Part shown: positions 13,048 through 26,299 of the stretch, piece by piece
How positions within the stretch are numbered: the stretch's first letter is position 1
Layout of the letters: each line of letters opens with the position of its first letter
Assembly: GCA_964016885.1 (NCBI GenBank)
Contig: OZ024746.1
Coordinates: 23,808,001-23,872,000, forward strand
Length of the DNA: 64,000 nucleotides
Reading direction: 5' to 3'
Source: Eledone cirrhosa
Taxonomy: Eukaryota
Position numbers and translations under genes: made by a program
The notes under the pieces: generated by a model
What the model was told of the DNA's origin: nothing
What the model saw: the letters and a program-made list of their open reading frames with translations, nothing else
Database searches by the model: none

Positions 13048-13233
13048 GTGGAGGAAGCGAAAGCTGACCCAAATGAAAGGGATTTTGATGGTGCTACACC
13101 TTTGCACTTTGCAGCCAGCTGTGGTCAAGCCAAAGTTGTTGAATGGCTTTTGCAGTCAGGGGGAGCAACAATTTCCATGGATAAAACTGGAGCTACTCCA
13201 TTACATAATGCAGCTGAAATTGGCCAGTTGCAG
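13048..13233 (+). CDS. ESPN: Next coding exon (186 nt, phase 0/0) of the espin/forked-like gene
   Basis: ttttag acceptor, CAG|gtaaaa donor, in frame with the previous exon. Translates VEEAKADPNERDFDGATPLHFAASCGQAKVVEWLLQSGGATISMDKTGATPLHNAAEIGQLQ, resembling espin DGATAMHFAASRGH...GGTPLHDAAENG. Confidence 0.8.
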
Positions 13234-13318
13234 GTAAAAATCTTGATCATTTATTGATTATTTTTCTATAATTAAATAATTGATTACTGTATATACGCAT
13301 CTAAAAGTTAATCTCATG

Positions 13319-13516
13319 TATGAGGATTGACTGAAAAGTTCATAGGCTGACCAAGATACTCTCATGAAATGACCAAATGAGGTTTATTTTTCAACGTAGT
13401 CCCTGGAAAGAAACATTACAGTTATTAAAAGAGTTAAAATTAATGCAAGCAAGATTTCACAACACTAGCATCACACCTTCATAGTCAGCCTATGAACTTT
13501 TCAGCCTACCGTCATA
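13319..13516. mobile_element. Mariner-type MITE (~200 bp), copy 1
   Basis: TA ends; TIRs tgaggattgactgaaaagttcataggctgac / gtcagcctatgaacttttcagcctaccgtca; second copy at 37555-37749. Confidence 0.8.
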
Positions 13517-13560
13517 AAAGTTGACTCTTTTTTTGCTAAAACCTTTATGCTTTTTCATAT

Positions 13561-13903
13561 GGAGGCACATGGCTTAGTGGTTAGAGCATTGGCCTTGCAA
13601 TCGAAAGGTTGTGAGTTCAATTCTCAGACCGGGTGATGTGTTGTTTCCTTGAGCAAGACACTTTATTTCACATTGCTCCAGTTTACTCAGCTGTAGAAAT
13701 GAGATGATAGGGACTTGGGTCCCTATCATTCCACTACAAAGTGGTCGTGGTGGTGCCACGGCAAAAAAGCACCCAGCACTCACTGTAAATGAGGTTGGTG
13801 TTAGGAAGGGCATCCAGCTGTAGAAATCAAGCCGGAATCAGTTCCCGTCCCACCCTTGCAAGCAGGGAAAAGCGGACGTAAAATGAAATGATGATGATGA
13901 TGA
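13561..13903 (+). mobile_element. tRNA-derived SINE family S2 with CORE/Meta-like domain and RTE-derived tail
   Basis: A-box tggcttagtgg, B-box gagttcaattc, core ccttgagcaagacactt, tail ggttggtgttaggaagggcatccagctgtagaaa...(TGA)n shared with the RTE-A 3' UTR; near-identical copy at 44567. Confidence 0.9.
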
Positions 13904-14120
13904 TATATCTTGAGTAAACTTTGATGTCAGATCTTTACATACAACAGACCAACATTTGTGAATCAAGGTGTTACAATAAGGAATTTAAATTGTCTACATT
14001 ACTATGTCTTGATGGGTGCAAATGACAATATTTATAAGAGTTACACAGCTTATTTATGTGTCTTGTTAGTAGGAAGTATGTTTTGATGTGTAGAAACATC
14101 AGTTTATTACTCTAATTCAT

Positions 14121-14515
14121 AAGGGTGATGGATTGGCAATATTGGTAGTGTGTTGGACAACATGATTTATGGCATATAGTTATGGCCCTTTACATTCTGA
14201 GTTTAAATCCTGCCAAGGTTAGCTTTGACTTTCATCCTTATGGGTTGGTAAAATAAAGTACCAGTAATGCACTGGTTTCAATTTAATCAACACCCCTCCA
14301 CCCACCCAAAAATTGCTGGCCTTTTGCATAAATCAGAATGGCAGTATCGGTAGAGAGTCGGACACCATGCTTTGAAGCATAGAGTTACGTCCCTTTATGA
14401 TCTGAGTTCAAATCCCGCCGAGGTTAACTTTGCCTTTCATCCTTACGGGGTCGATAAAATAAAGTACCAGTAATGTACTGGGCAATTGCTGGCCTTGTGC
14501 CTAAAATAGAAACCA
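14121..14515 (+). mobile_element. Tandem pair of S1 SINEs (older long variant plus young short variant)
   Basis: Two S1 cores in tandem, flanked by 17-bp direct repeat ttattactctaattcat (14104-14120, 14516-14532). Confidence 0.8.
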
Positions 14516-14653
14516 TTATTACTCTAATTCATTGTTGGGGAGGGGGTGTTCATTTAAAGTCTTGGAAATTCTGAAAAGAGTCAAGTACACTGCACTCCCC
14601 CTCAGAATAAACAAACAAACAAAAGAAAATTAAATCAATCCTGAAAAACACAC

Positions 14654-15310
14654 TGATGATGATGGTGATGATGATGGTGATATTGGTGATGGTGGTGGTG
14701 GTGGTGATGATGGTGAGAGTGATGGTAGTTGTGGTGATAACGATGATGATGATGGGGTGTGATGGTGATAATAATGATCATGGTGCTGGTGATGTGGTGT
14801 GGGTGGGCTGATGATAGTGAAGGTGGTGGGGATAATGATGATGATGATGATGATGGTGGTGGAGGTAATAATGATGATGATGATGGTGGTGGAGGTAATG
14901 ATGATGGTGGCGGAGGTAATAATGATGATGGTGGTGGTAATGATGGTGGTGGTGGTGGTGGTGGTAATGATGATGGTGGTGGAGGTAATAATGATGATGA
15001 TGATGGTGGAGGTAATGATGATGGTGGAGGTAATGATGATGGTGATGGTGGAGGTAATGATGATGGTGATGGTGGAGGTAATGATGATGGTGGTGGGGGT
15101 AATGATGATGGTGGTGGGGGTAATGATGATGGTGGTGGGCGTAATGATGATGGTGGTGGTAATGATGATGATGGTGGTGGAGGTAATGATGATGATGATG
15201 GTGGTGGTAATGATGATGGTAGTGGAGGTAATGATGATGGTGGTGGTGGTAATAATGATGATGATGGTGATGGTGGTAATGATGATGGTGGTGACAATTA
15301 TGATGATAAG
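14654..15310. repeat. Compound (GAT/GGT)n microsatellite with higher-order ggtaatgatgatggtggt units
   Basis: Directly visible; source of the G/D/N-, P/S- and M/V-rich pseudo-ORFs. Confidence 0.92.
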
Positions 15311-16182
15311 GATGCTGCTGCTGCTACTGCTGTGGTAATATTACAATACTTATTTACTTAACTTCTGTAGTTATGGTCATCATTCTATTGATCTATCGGA
15401 CAGCCAATGGTTTCATGTAAATGGATTTTCTTAAATGTTTTGTTCTAAGTCTGAATACTTCTCAGATGTAGAAGAATATTCTAATAAATAAGAAATGTTG
15501 TCATTGATTTATCAGTTGCCGTCACTTCACTCTCTTTTGTTCTCAAATATTAACAATCATTGATTTGATAACGCCCATTAACCAGCCTAATAAAATGGGT
15601 AGTGAATTGACAGAGGCAGTAGAGCAACAGATAGAATATCATGTGCTGTTTTATTCCAGTTCTCTATGCTCTGAGTCCTCACTTCAAAATCCTGTCAGAT
15701 ACAATGCTTTTTTTTTTTTTACACCTCTCTGATATGAAATCCTGTCAAGAACCTTCTTCTTCTTCTTCTTCTTCTTCTTCTTCTATACATGCATGGGTTA
15801 TACAAGTCCTCTCCAGTTCAGCACTACCTTTCCATTGTTATCTCCTCTGTGGGGTGTAGTTCCTTGAGACCAGCTTTCATCACATCTACCCACGTCTTTC
15901 TTGGTCTTCCTCTTCCATGCCTTACTTCAGCTTATCTTATTTTTTCCTTTGTCATCTCCTTTTTTAGGTGCAGTCATTGGCATAGCTGTGGTATACTAGA
16001 TATATGAGGGCAACCCTACATGGTTGTGCTAAACCTGTTAGAAATAGCAGCCAAGTGTCCCATACATCATATACCATTGTCTTGAAAATAGGAAGGGAAT
16101 ATTAGACTTTGGTAATAGATTCGCTATATCATGATCAATATCCTATTCATAATGAAATTTCCTGAAAAACCTGTTGAAATAA

Positions 16183-16392
16183 TTATTTCTGATTCAGGCA
16201 CAAGGCCAACAATTTTGGTGGAGGGGAAAGTCGATTAAATCCACCCTTGTGTGTTACTGGTACTTTATTTAATCGATCCTCGTAAGGATGAAAGTCAAAG
16301 CTAACCTCAGCAGGATATATAAACCTAGAACGTAAAGGGGAATAACTCTGTGTCAGTAAGCACGTTGTCCGACACTCTACCAATTCCACCGC
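16183..16392 (-). mobile_element. S1 SINE, diverged (further - strand copies at ~25000-25190, 27317-27531 with 15-bp TSD ataactcaataatga, 28345-28522, 29555-29742)
   Basis: caaggcca..aatt, ggtactttattt, gtaaggatgaaag.caaag.taacct motifs. Confidence 0.8.
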
Positions 16393-16470
16393 CCTGTTTC
16401 TTTCTCTCTCACAATCCCTTCCCTTCTTCCCCCTTTCTCTTACTTTCATGATGCCTTCAGGCTTTCTCTT

Positions 16471-16503
<33 letters not shown>

Positions 16504-16702
16504 GGAGGCGCCACGGAAAAAGCACCCAGCACTCACTGTAAATGAGGTTGGTGTTAGGAAGGGCATCCAGCTGTAGAAATCAAGCCCAAATCAGTTCCTG
16601 TATGAGCAAGGCATGGTCAGCCGACCAAACACTGCCCACAACAGGACAACCCATCTAACCTATGCTAGCATGGAAGAACGGACGTAAAACGGTGATGATG
16701 AT
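16504..16702 (+). mobile_element. Internally deleted S2 SINE or RTE-tail element in a (TA)n tract (related tail copies at ~32490-32755 + and ~17505-17730 -)
   Basis: ggaggcgccacgg joined directly to the gttggtgttaggaagggcatccagctgtagaaa tail and (TGA)n. Confidence 0.7.
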
Positions 16703-19539
16703 ATATATATATATATATCATCATTTTATGTCCGCTTTTCCCTGCTTGCAAGGGTGGGACATATATATATATATATATCTTCTCTCTTTCTCTCATGATC
16801 CCTCAAACTTCATCAGTCTCTCTCTCCCTCTCTCTCCTTTAGTAACAACCAGTTCATATACTTCATTTACATGTAATAATCTTTATAATCCAGAATTTCC
16901 TTCTAATTTCCCCTCCAAGACCTTACTTTATTTTACAATCAATATTTTACCAATCCCTAGCTTTCCAACATTATATACTTTTGGCAACACATTTCCATTT
17001 AAATTAACCTAGAAAACATTTTTAAAAGTCAATAAATTTCATCAATCCACTAGCAATTTTAATGTTAATGGGTCTTTAAATCTAAACAACTTGTAATAAT
17101 TAAGCAGAAAATATCTAAAAATGTGTTTGTCAATTGAAATGTTTAAAGTATCATTACTAGTGAACAGATTGTTGCAAAAAATTTGCAGTAAACTAAAGTG
17201 GTAATGCTTGTACCTTGATAAAATGCATTGAGTACTCTCTGTAAAGTATTAGTAGAGGTGCCATGATAAAATGCATTCAATACACTCTGTAAGGAGGTAG
17301 TATTGGTGCTATGATAGAATGCATCCGGTACACTCTGTAAAGGAAGAACACCTGATAACTATGCCAAAAATGGAACATACTAACAAGATGTGTTTGACAT
17401 TCAGCGACCCTAAAGTTAAAGGTATTCCAGCTGTGACCACCTTATTTCTTAGGATTATGTAGGTCTACATTATCTAATGTGCTCTTTTCTTATTTAAGAT
17501 ATTATCATCACTATTTAACATCCATTTTTTCCATGTTAACATGGGTTAGATGAGTTATCCTGTTGTGAGACAAGTCAGAACAGATGACTGTCTTGCTCTT
17601 ACAGAACTTATCCTGGCTTGGTTTCTACAGCTGGATGCCCTTCCTAACACCAACCTCATTTACAGTGTGGATTGGGTGCTTTTTTTGTCATGATACCTAC
17701 ATGACCACTTTACAGTGTGGACTGGGTGCAATTTGAAGTATATTTGGTTACTATTTCTAACAGGTCGAGCAACACCATAAATACTTCCTCATTAGCTCAA
17801 TGACTGTTTATATATGTTTGTGTATATACAATAGCTTAATCCCTCCTCAAATATTATTTCTCTATTAACCGTGTCTACAAAACATCTTTTTTAATGCCAT
17901 TTACTCACACGTTTATTTTTATGCCTATGTAAGACACGTAAGAGACATAATTACTTATAAGACATGTTATTATCTGAATCTTCATATCTTATATTAGCGT
18001 CCAGATATTTTTAACATCTAAAATATAAATATAAAATGTCTTAACTGGTTTGTTTTCTTTTCAGATCATTTAATCTTTTATAGTTAATGTTTTAACAACT
18101 TAAGAAAAGAAGTTGAATCAACAATGTTCTGCTTTAATAATGATGTGATGGTTTGGTTTCAGGTTTATAGGTTTTTAATGTCCAGGTTTTAGAGCAAATA
18201 GAGTGGCTTAAACAATAGCAATTCAAATACTGTACAGTCCATTCAATATTATTGTTTATAAAATAAATAATTGATTATAAAATAAACACAAACCCACAGA
18301 TTTGTAGGGAGATGTTGGTTGGTTATATTAACCCCAGTATTTGACTGGTGTAGAGGTGTGTGGCTTAATGATAAGTGTGTTTGGCTTACAATCATAATGT
18401 CATGGGTTTGATTCCTGGACTGGGTTGTATGTTGAGTTCTTGAGCAAAACACTTCATTTCACATTGCTCCAGTATACTTAACTGAAAATAAGTACTAACT
18501 GGAGGTGGGGATGTTAACTCTGTGATGGACTGGTGTCCTGTCCAATCAGGAGTCTTGTACTCTCAGTTACTTCACACCATGGAAACCAGGATAAGCACAT
18601 GCCTAATGAACCTCCAGGTTCTTAGCACACTTTAGATTTGACTGGTCCTTTATTTGCTCCAGAAGGATGATAAGCAAAGTTGACATCAGCAGGATTTGAA
18701 CTGTGACTGTAAAGATATGACTATATCAATCCACTGCCCTAACCAATCTGATAAGAATTGTTTCCAGAAGGCTGTAAATTTGAAAGGAGGGTTAATCAAA
18801 TAAATTGACCTTCGTATATGGCTGGTACTTTATTTTATTAGTCAGGAATGATAAAGGTAATGATGACTTTGAGGGAATTTGAGGGCCACAACATATACCA
18901 CCAAGCTTTTTGTCCAATGCTCTAATATAACTGCCAATACACTAGTCTTGATATATACCATCAATACTTTGTCTTTAGTCAACATGTTTCTGCCATGTCA
19001 AGTTCTCACACACATTACCATCACCATTTTACATCTGTTTTCTATGCTGGCATGGGTTGGATGTGTAATCATGTTCTGCAACAAGACAGATCAGATGAAT
19101 ATGTTTTGCCCATACCTTCCTCTTTGATATGGTTTCTATGGCTGGTTGCACTTCCCTGCACCAACCACTTTATAGCATGTACTAGGTGTGTTTTATTGTA
19201 ACACTAGCACAACCACTTGCAGACATTAATATTGCATATCTATCAAGGCATTTCTCTCTAACCTTTGCGTATCCTCTGCATTCACTACCCCATCCTACTA
19301 CTGTGCAAGATCACACATTGAATGCAAGTATCATACAGCTAGACAACATTAGTGGCATGGGGAGGGGAGATTGATATGTATGGCCAATTGTTGGTTGTCC
19401 ATAAAACCACATTGCCTGGGCATATGCCTCAGAAGTGAAACTTTCTAGTTTCAAATCCCACAGTCTTTCATGAATGAAGAGGGTTTTTATTTGTGAGTAT
19501 GCCTTGACCTTGATAGATATGCGATGTTAATGTGTGCGG

Positions 19540-19700
19540 GCAACAATGTATGCAAGGGATAAAAGAACTGGATATAAGGGTAATTATATGTAGTGAGAAA
19601 GAAGACAGTGCTGCTATGGACATGTGATGCATATGAATGATGATTGTTGGATGAAGAAGTACGAAGAAACCCCAGTAGAAGGAAAATGCAGTAGAGGAAG
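19540..19700 (+). pseudogene. Degraded RTE C-terminal fragment
   Basis: Translates in pieces to YGHVMHMNDDCWMKKY...VEGKCSRGR. Confidence 0.65.
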
Positions 19701-20539
19701 ACTTGATAATGCAGAGAAAGGTTGTTATTCAATGAATAATCCTTGAATAATGACTTTTCTGTACCTTTGAAATATGCATAACAGGATAACGTAATGGAAT
19801 AAAACAATCTGATACTCCATCTGTTATCATACACATAATACCCTTGTGACATCCATGACGGTGAGTGCTTCTGTCTGATTACAAAATTGTTGGCCAATTG
19901 ATTGGCTAAGCTAACACTGATTATTGTCATATATATACACATATACATACAAAAGCATATATACACATATGCAAATATGTGTGTACTCACACACACGCAT
20001 GTATATAAGATAGATAGATTAAAAAAGGAGCATTATTTTTATAGCAGTTTGTTGTATTCCTGTTACTAAAATCATTTCTAAAATTAGTTTTCTTGAAACT
20101 AGCTGATAACTAGTTTAGCTTTTAAACTGACAGACAATGTTGAATCATGGAAAATGGAGTGTTTTCTATATAAAAGCAAAAAAAGTAAATAAATAAAAAC
20201 AACAACAACCTGTCACCCCTCTTTTTTTTAACATTGAGACCTGCTGTGTTTGCTCATTGCTTGACTGATGATACTAACAGAAAGTTGTACATTATGTGTG
20301 TGGAATAGCAGAGCATGTATATAAATATGTAATAGAGTCAAACAGAAATGAGGCATGATAAACTAAAGTATATATATGTATAGCTATATATGAAATAGAA
20401 AGTATATATATATATATGTGTGGAGATACAATTATGTAAAGTAAATTAACAATGTATATGTAAATACATACATATACACACACACATATATATATATATA
20501 TTATATATATATATATATTATATATATATATATATTATA

Positions 20540-20570
<31 letters not shown>

Positions 20571-23500
20571 AATTTATGAGTAAACTGACTTAATTTCTAG
20601 CAAGACTGTTTATTAACGTAAATATTTTCTTATAAGCTGAGGTGAGCTGAGCAAAACAAAATCTTAGTCTTCTAATTAGAGGATTTATTTATTGTGAGGA
20701 GACAAATCTTTAAAAGATATATATATTTCATTTGTATTTATATTTAATATATTATTACCTGTGGGATATTTTTCTTAACGACATTAATACAGGTGAGTTT
20801 TTAAATCTAAATTGTTTACTTTTTTTCTTTTTTTCTTTTTATTTATAATTAATATCGTTCATTGATTGCTTTTTTTTGTTTACTTCCAGTTATCCTCTAT
20901 ATTCTAATATTTCTTAAAGTATTTCTGTCTGTTCAGTTTGTCAGTATATCTATTACTGGGTAAATCAACATGTTTTCATTAGAATAAAAACGTTTCTTTT
21001 AGTATAATTTAACAAATATTAAACTTAAATCATCTGTTCTCTTCAGAATGATATTTAAACTTTATAATTTTAAGTACAAGTTTTAATTTTAAAAATATTT
21101 ATTTGGAGATATTAAATGATATAATTTTCCTATAAAGTATTTAGATTTTCTATATAAATTTTAAATTTGAATTAAAATATTTTTATTAAAAAACGGATTA
21201 ATATTGTTTTAATCAGTTTTAATTATATTTAAAAACTACAATACCTATATATACTAATATAATAACAGGATTTTAACTGTAAATTGATGCATTTTAATTT
21301 TTAATCAATTGAATATTATAAAAGTTATATTTTTAAAAATCCTTTTAATTATATATTTAAAAAAAAAACTAATTATATATCTTAATATAGATTAATATAA
21401 AAAAATTAACTATTAAAAAGGTTTGATAGAATTGGAGGGATAAATATTAAATTAATTTTAATTAACTGTAACTAATTTTTTTTTTAAATTCTTTGATCAA
21501 AATTTTAAATGAAAGATTATAAACTTTGTTGAACAATATATGGGGTAACTTTAATGCCCTGCCCCTTAACCCCCCCCCCCCTTTTAATATATAGCACCTC
21601 AAGACATTTACTTACTAAATGGATTTAGAAAATCAAATGTAGATAAGACCTAATTTTTTTAATAATTATAAAATTCATATCAAATATATAAAATAAATCT
21701 TCTATGCAATTAAGCAGAAAATTAATTTTTCATTAATATATTTATTTTAACTTTGTTTAAAAAAAAATAATTTGGATATTAATATTTCATTTAAAATATA
21801 TTTTCCCCTCCACTAACATCACAATCCGAAAACTGTCACAGAATGTCATTTTATTCAATAGCATCTCCTCATACATAGGTTTCTGTTGAAAATTAAGTGT
21901 TCTACAAATTAGTTATTTTTAGATAGATATTAAGTTCAATCTATTGATTTTCTTCTTTTTGGGATATTAATTATCTTTTAGGCTGATTTATTTTTGTTCT
22001 TATTATTCAGCTTCTTCTAAGAAGAACTGAAACTTGGGATATCTAAAACTCTCTGTATCAGTTTTCTAAGAAAAAAAAAAATGATTTTTTTTTTTTTTTT
22101 TTTTCTCCCCATCAGAAAATAATCTTATGCTATATCATTTTGATGAAGACAATCTCAACAAGAATATTTCTATCCACCAAAATACAGAACATGGATGTTC
22201 TTAAAAGTTAAAATTTTCAAGAAATAATTTTGTTGTGTATATTTTCTGCTTAATGCAAAGAATAATGGATGAGTTTTATAAATGAAGTAGGTTATGAAGA
22301 TGGTGGTACTAGTGGGATGGGGTGGGTGTTGGTTACAATGAGATAGATACAATTTGAAGGTGTCAATTCGAATAATATTTCAAAAATGGAGTCTTACAAG
22401 AAAAGTAATTTCTTTTTTTCAAAATATTTTTTTTTCTTTTCAATTTTTGTTTGTCTTCTTTTCAATTAATTCATTGATAGAACGAACATTAATAAACTAC
22501 TTCAATCGATTAATTATTCAACTAATTGCTGCTGATGGAATATTTTATGTTCTAACTTGTCAAATCTAGTCTCTCTCTAGAATATTCGATATGTTATCCT
22601 TAAATTATAACATCGCTTTTCTTTTGCTATATCGCAGCTAGATGGGAGTTACATCTAAACCATTTCTCTCTTCCATGGAATTAATATTATTATTATTTAG
22701 AAGAATTTAACACTGTCCCCCCTCTCTCTCTCCCTCTCCCTTCCTCCTCTATCTCCCTCTCTCTCCTTCCCTTCTCTGTCTCCCTTCCCCCTCTCTCTCT
22801 GAGAACATTCCTGGCAATTGATCCATCTATTAGAAAATAGATATAGGTTATTGATTCCCACCTTTTGTACTGTATGAGTTGAAGAGAATCAGTGGTTGTT
22901 CTCTACCAGAATGATGAAGCCAAATAGATGGTGTCTAATCTCTTCTGTTAATGTCACACTGGTGCTTCATTGGATTTCTTCATGTATGTTGATCCTCTTT
23001 ATATTTATATATCTTCATTTTAGATTTCATTTTCATGTTTGTTGTTTTAAACTGCATCTTGGCTTTATTTGTTTTAATTTCTAACACCCTGTAGTGATTT
23101 AGCAAAAGAAAAAGAAAACTTAAAAAAATAGGATTATTTATTCAAATGTTTATAGTATCTTTACTAATGGAAGGGTGTTGTGAAAATTTGCAGTATTAGA
23201 ATAAAGACTTTAATTTGTAATGTGATGCAATCATAATATTGTTTTGTACTTTGTACTTTTCAAAAATGTGTTTAAGAGTTAAATTATGAACATCTATTAG
23301 AGCAATGCTGCCCAATGATAGATTGTTGCAAAACTCTTGAATGATATTCCAAAAGTTACAGATGCCATACCTATATTTTATGTACAATCTGTATCACCAT
23401 GATTTTAATAAGACATTAACTGAATCAAACATTGTTTTAGAGAGAAACTTTATTCATAAAGAAAATCCTATAATCAATTTTATTCAAAAACATCTGATTT

Positions 23501-23914
23501 CACCCCAACTCCCCGATTTGTTTTCCAAATAACCTTGGAGCTCTTTGAAGCCCACTTTGGGAAACACTCTACTAGGGGTTCAACATTGTCTCAAAATATT
23601 AACTCTTGTTTTTGTCACATTTACCTTTATTTTAATTTTCTGAACTTGTTCCATGGTACCGTCTCTTATAAAATATCATATATTACTACTACTAGTTTGT
23701 AGAAATAAATTCTATTTCATTATATCAATTCTTAATGTCCTGTAGCACATGAAACCGCATTAGCAGAGCATTCTTGAAAAGTATAAAACATCTCTGTTTT
23801 ACATTAAATATTAATTTTATGTTAAGAGTGAAATAAAAACGAACCATAATTTTGATCATTCAATATAATTTATATCATGTTAGATATTGCTGCAGTTAGT
23901 AATAGGCCCATGAC

Positions 23915-24070
23915 AGCCCAGATGTAAAAAGTAGGCCTCAAAAACTGGTAATAAATCTGGACCAGATGTAAAAGGTAAACCTCAAGAGCTGGTAATAGGT
24001 CTGGACTAGATGTAACATGTAGACTCCTAGTTTGGTAATAGACCCAGACCAAATGTAAAAGCAGGCTCCT
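23915..24070. repeat. ~44-bp tandem repeat x ~3.5
   Basis: Units start cc/ctagatgtaa near 23918, 23962, 24006, 24049, with tggtaata in each full unit. Confidence 0.75.
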
Positions 24071-25498
24071 GTAAATCAGGTGATGGATTAAGTCTCCCTG
24101 ACTTGACAACCTCTTCAGTCGTGTCTATCAAATTTTATTCACAAGACTTTTGTTGAAAATAAATAGTTACAAAAAGACACAACAAGGTTAATTTCCCCTT
24201 CATCCTTTAGTGTTGATAAAATAAGATACCAGTCCAGGGTAGAGATGCTGTGTGGTATGTTGCAGTTCTTTGCCTTGAGTTAAAATCCTACTGTTACCTA
24301 CTTGGGTGGTAGATTTAATCTGTCACCAAGTTTAATACCACTACACACAACCTGATCATTGAGGGACGTTAGCAAAGTCTACTTTGTTGTAAACAGTCAC
24401 ACCAGATCTCAGGTCCTGAAAATGGTTATGGACACTGTCCTTTCTGTCTTGTCTAAACAGTTTAAAAAATAACCATGAGAATCATAACAAACTTTCAGTT
24501 CCTGTCCTTGTTTTAATAATAATAATGAAATTATTGTGTACAGTGCTCAGGTGCACTACAACTCATCAAAGGTGCATGTATAGTACATAGAATAATATAC
24601 AAATGTCAGGGAAGTGAATAGTGTATGAATCATGATATACATGTGTGCATGTGTATGGAGGGTGAATATTAGGTGTACTGTTGGCGAATCTCAGGAAGCA
24701 TGGATCCTTTCTCAAGTCATTATGTTGCAGCTTACCTTGAATATTGTCTTATTGTCTCTTAACATTTTAGATATCAACCCAATCTAGCCTAACCTAACAT
24801 GGCTCTGGTTCTATGAAAGAAAGCCATCCATTTTAAAGTGGTTCTATTTAGCCCTTTTGATACCAACCCAACCAAGACTGGCTCTGATTCTATGAAACAA
24901 AACCACCCATTTTAAAGGGTTCCTTTAAAAATCTTACAACTTAATTATATATAAGAACCTATTGTTAAATTATGTTATGAATGCCATCTTAATAATGGTT
25001 TCTGATTTAGGCTATTGGGGCGAGGGAAGTCAATTAAATTTACCCCACTAGTGCTTTATTTTATTGACCCTGTAAGGATGAAAGACAAAGCTAACCTTGG
25101 CGGGATTTGAACTCAGAACATAAAGGGCCATAACTACATGCTGCAAAGCATTTGTTTGGCACTCTACCGATGCTGCCAACCCACCACCCTCAATGAAATA
25201 ATAATGAAATGCTATATAATTCCGCTAAATTCTTAATTAATTAATTAATTAATTGAAATACACTGTATTTCATAAGAAATAAGATCATCAAAGGTTTGTA
25301 ACATTTAATAAGTGATGTTGCTTAGTTTTCATCTTTCATGAATTGGAGTTTATCCGTAATAAAAATATGAAAGTATTTGTAGCCAATATATTTCTCTCTA
25401 AAGTTGTACTTTTAAATTTCATCATCATTATGCCTGTTTTTCTATGGTCTTCATTGAACTGCTAATCTGTAGGACATAAATTAATGCTACCACTCATT

Positions 25499-25707
25499 TA
25501 CTGTATATGCTTGAATATAAGCCAATTGGAATATAACCCTCTCCCTTTTATGTCTGAGAAATGAGCAAAAATCCAAACCCTATTTATAAGCTGAGGCAGC
25601 TAATCAACATATTGTTTTGATGCAGTATATAAGCCAACCACCCGCCCTATTTTACCATCAATTCTTTGGTCAGATATTCCTTGGCTTATTTTTGAGTACA
25701 TACGGTA
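25499..25707. mobile_element. pogo/Tigger-type MITE
   Basis: TA ends with imperfect TIRs tactgtatatgcttgaatataagcc / ggcttatttttgagtacatacggta. Confidence 0.7.
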
Positions 25708-25792
25708 AATGATGTCATTATGAAGACGCACACACACACACACACACACACACAGCACACAGCACACACACACACACAGCACACACACGCAC

Positions 25793-25833
<41 letters not shown>

Positions 25834-26299
25834 CACACAGCACACAGCACACACGAACACATGAACACACACACACACACAGCGCACACGCACACACACA
25901 CACACACACAGAGACAGTGTATTGTGTCCTTAAGCAAAATACTTATTTCATGATGCTGCAGTCCACTTAACTGGAAAAAATTAATTATGACTCCAGTGCC
26001 AAGCTGTATCACCCTTTGCTTTTCCTCTGGACAACATCATAACAGGCACTGTTAAGTTGCTGCCTGCAAGTGCCAAAGAGGAATGGGAGATGATGGATGG
26101 GAAAACAGTCCAGAAATTGAATGTGCTCATAGGAAAGAGCACCCTAGAACACAAATTAGCCACAGTTGGAGACAGTTTACTCAACCTGAAAAGATGCCAA
26201 TGGAGTGAGACAACCCAAAACAAAAATACTGTCTTGAAAATCCAGACATCAGCAAGAGACCACTTGAGAGACATCGTGTTTGTATTTTAATGCACACCA

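Noticed and set aside
13561-13630. tRNA genes at SINE heads
   Set aside because: A/B boxes are present but no full cloverleaf, and they continue into SINE core and tail.
14635-15361. Pro/Ser-rich and Gly/Asp-rich ORFs (espin has proline-rich regions)
   Set aside because: Trinucleotide microsatellite open in several frames; the Pro-rich frame is on the strand opposite the gene.
20265-20295. CTGATGA-TACTAACA-GAAAG
   Set aside because: No stem II, stem III or stem I pairing; likely chance.
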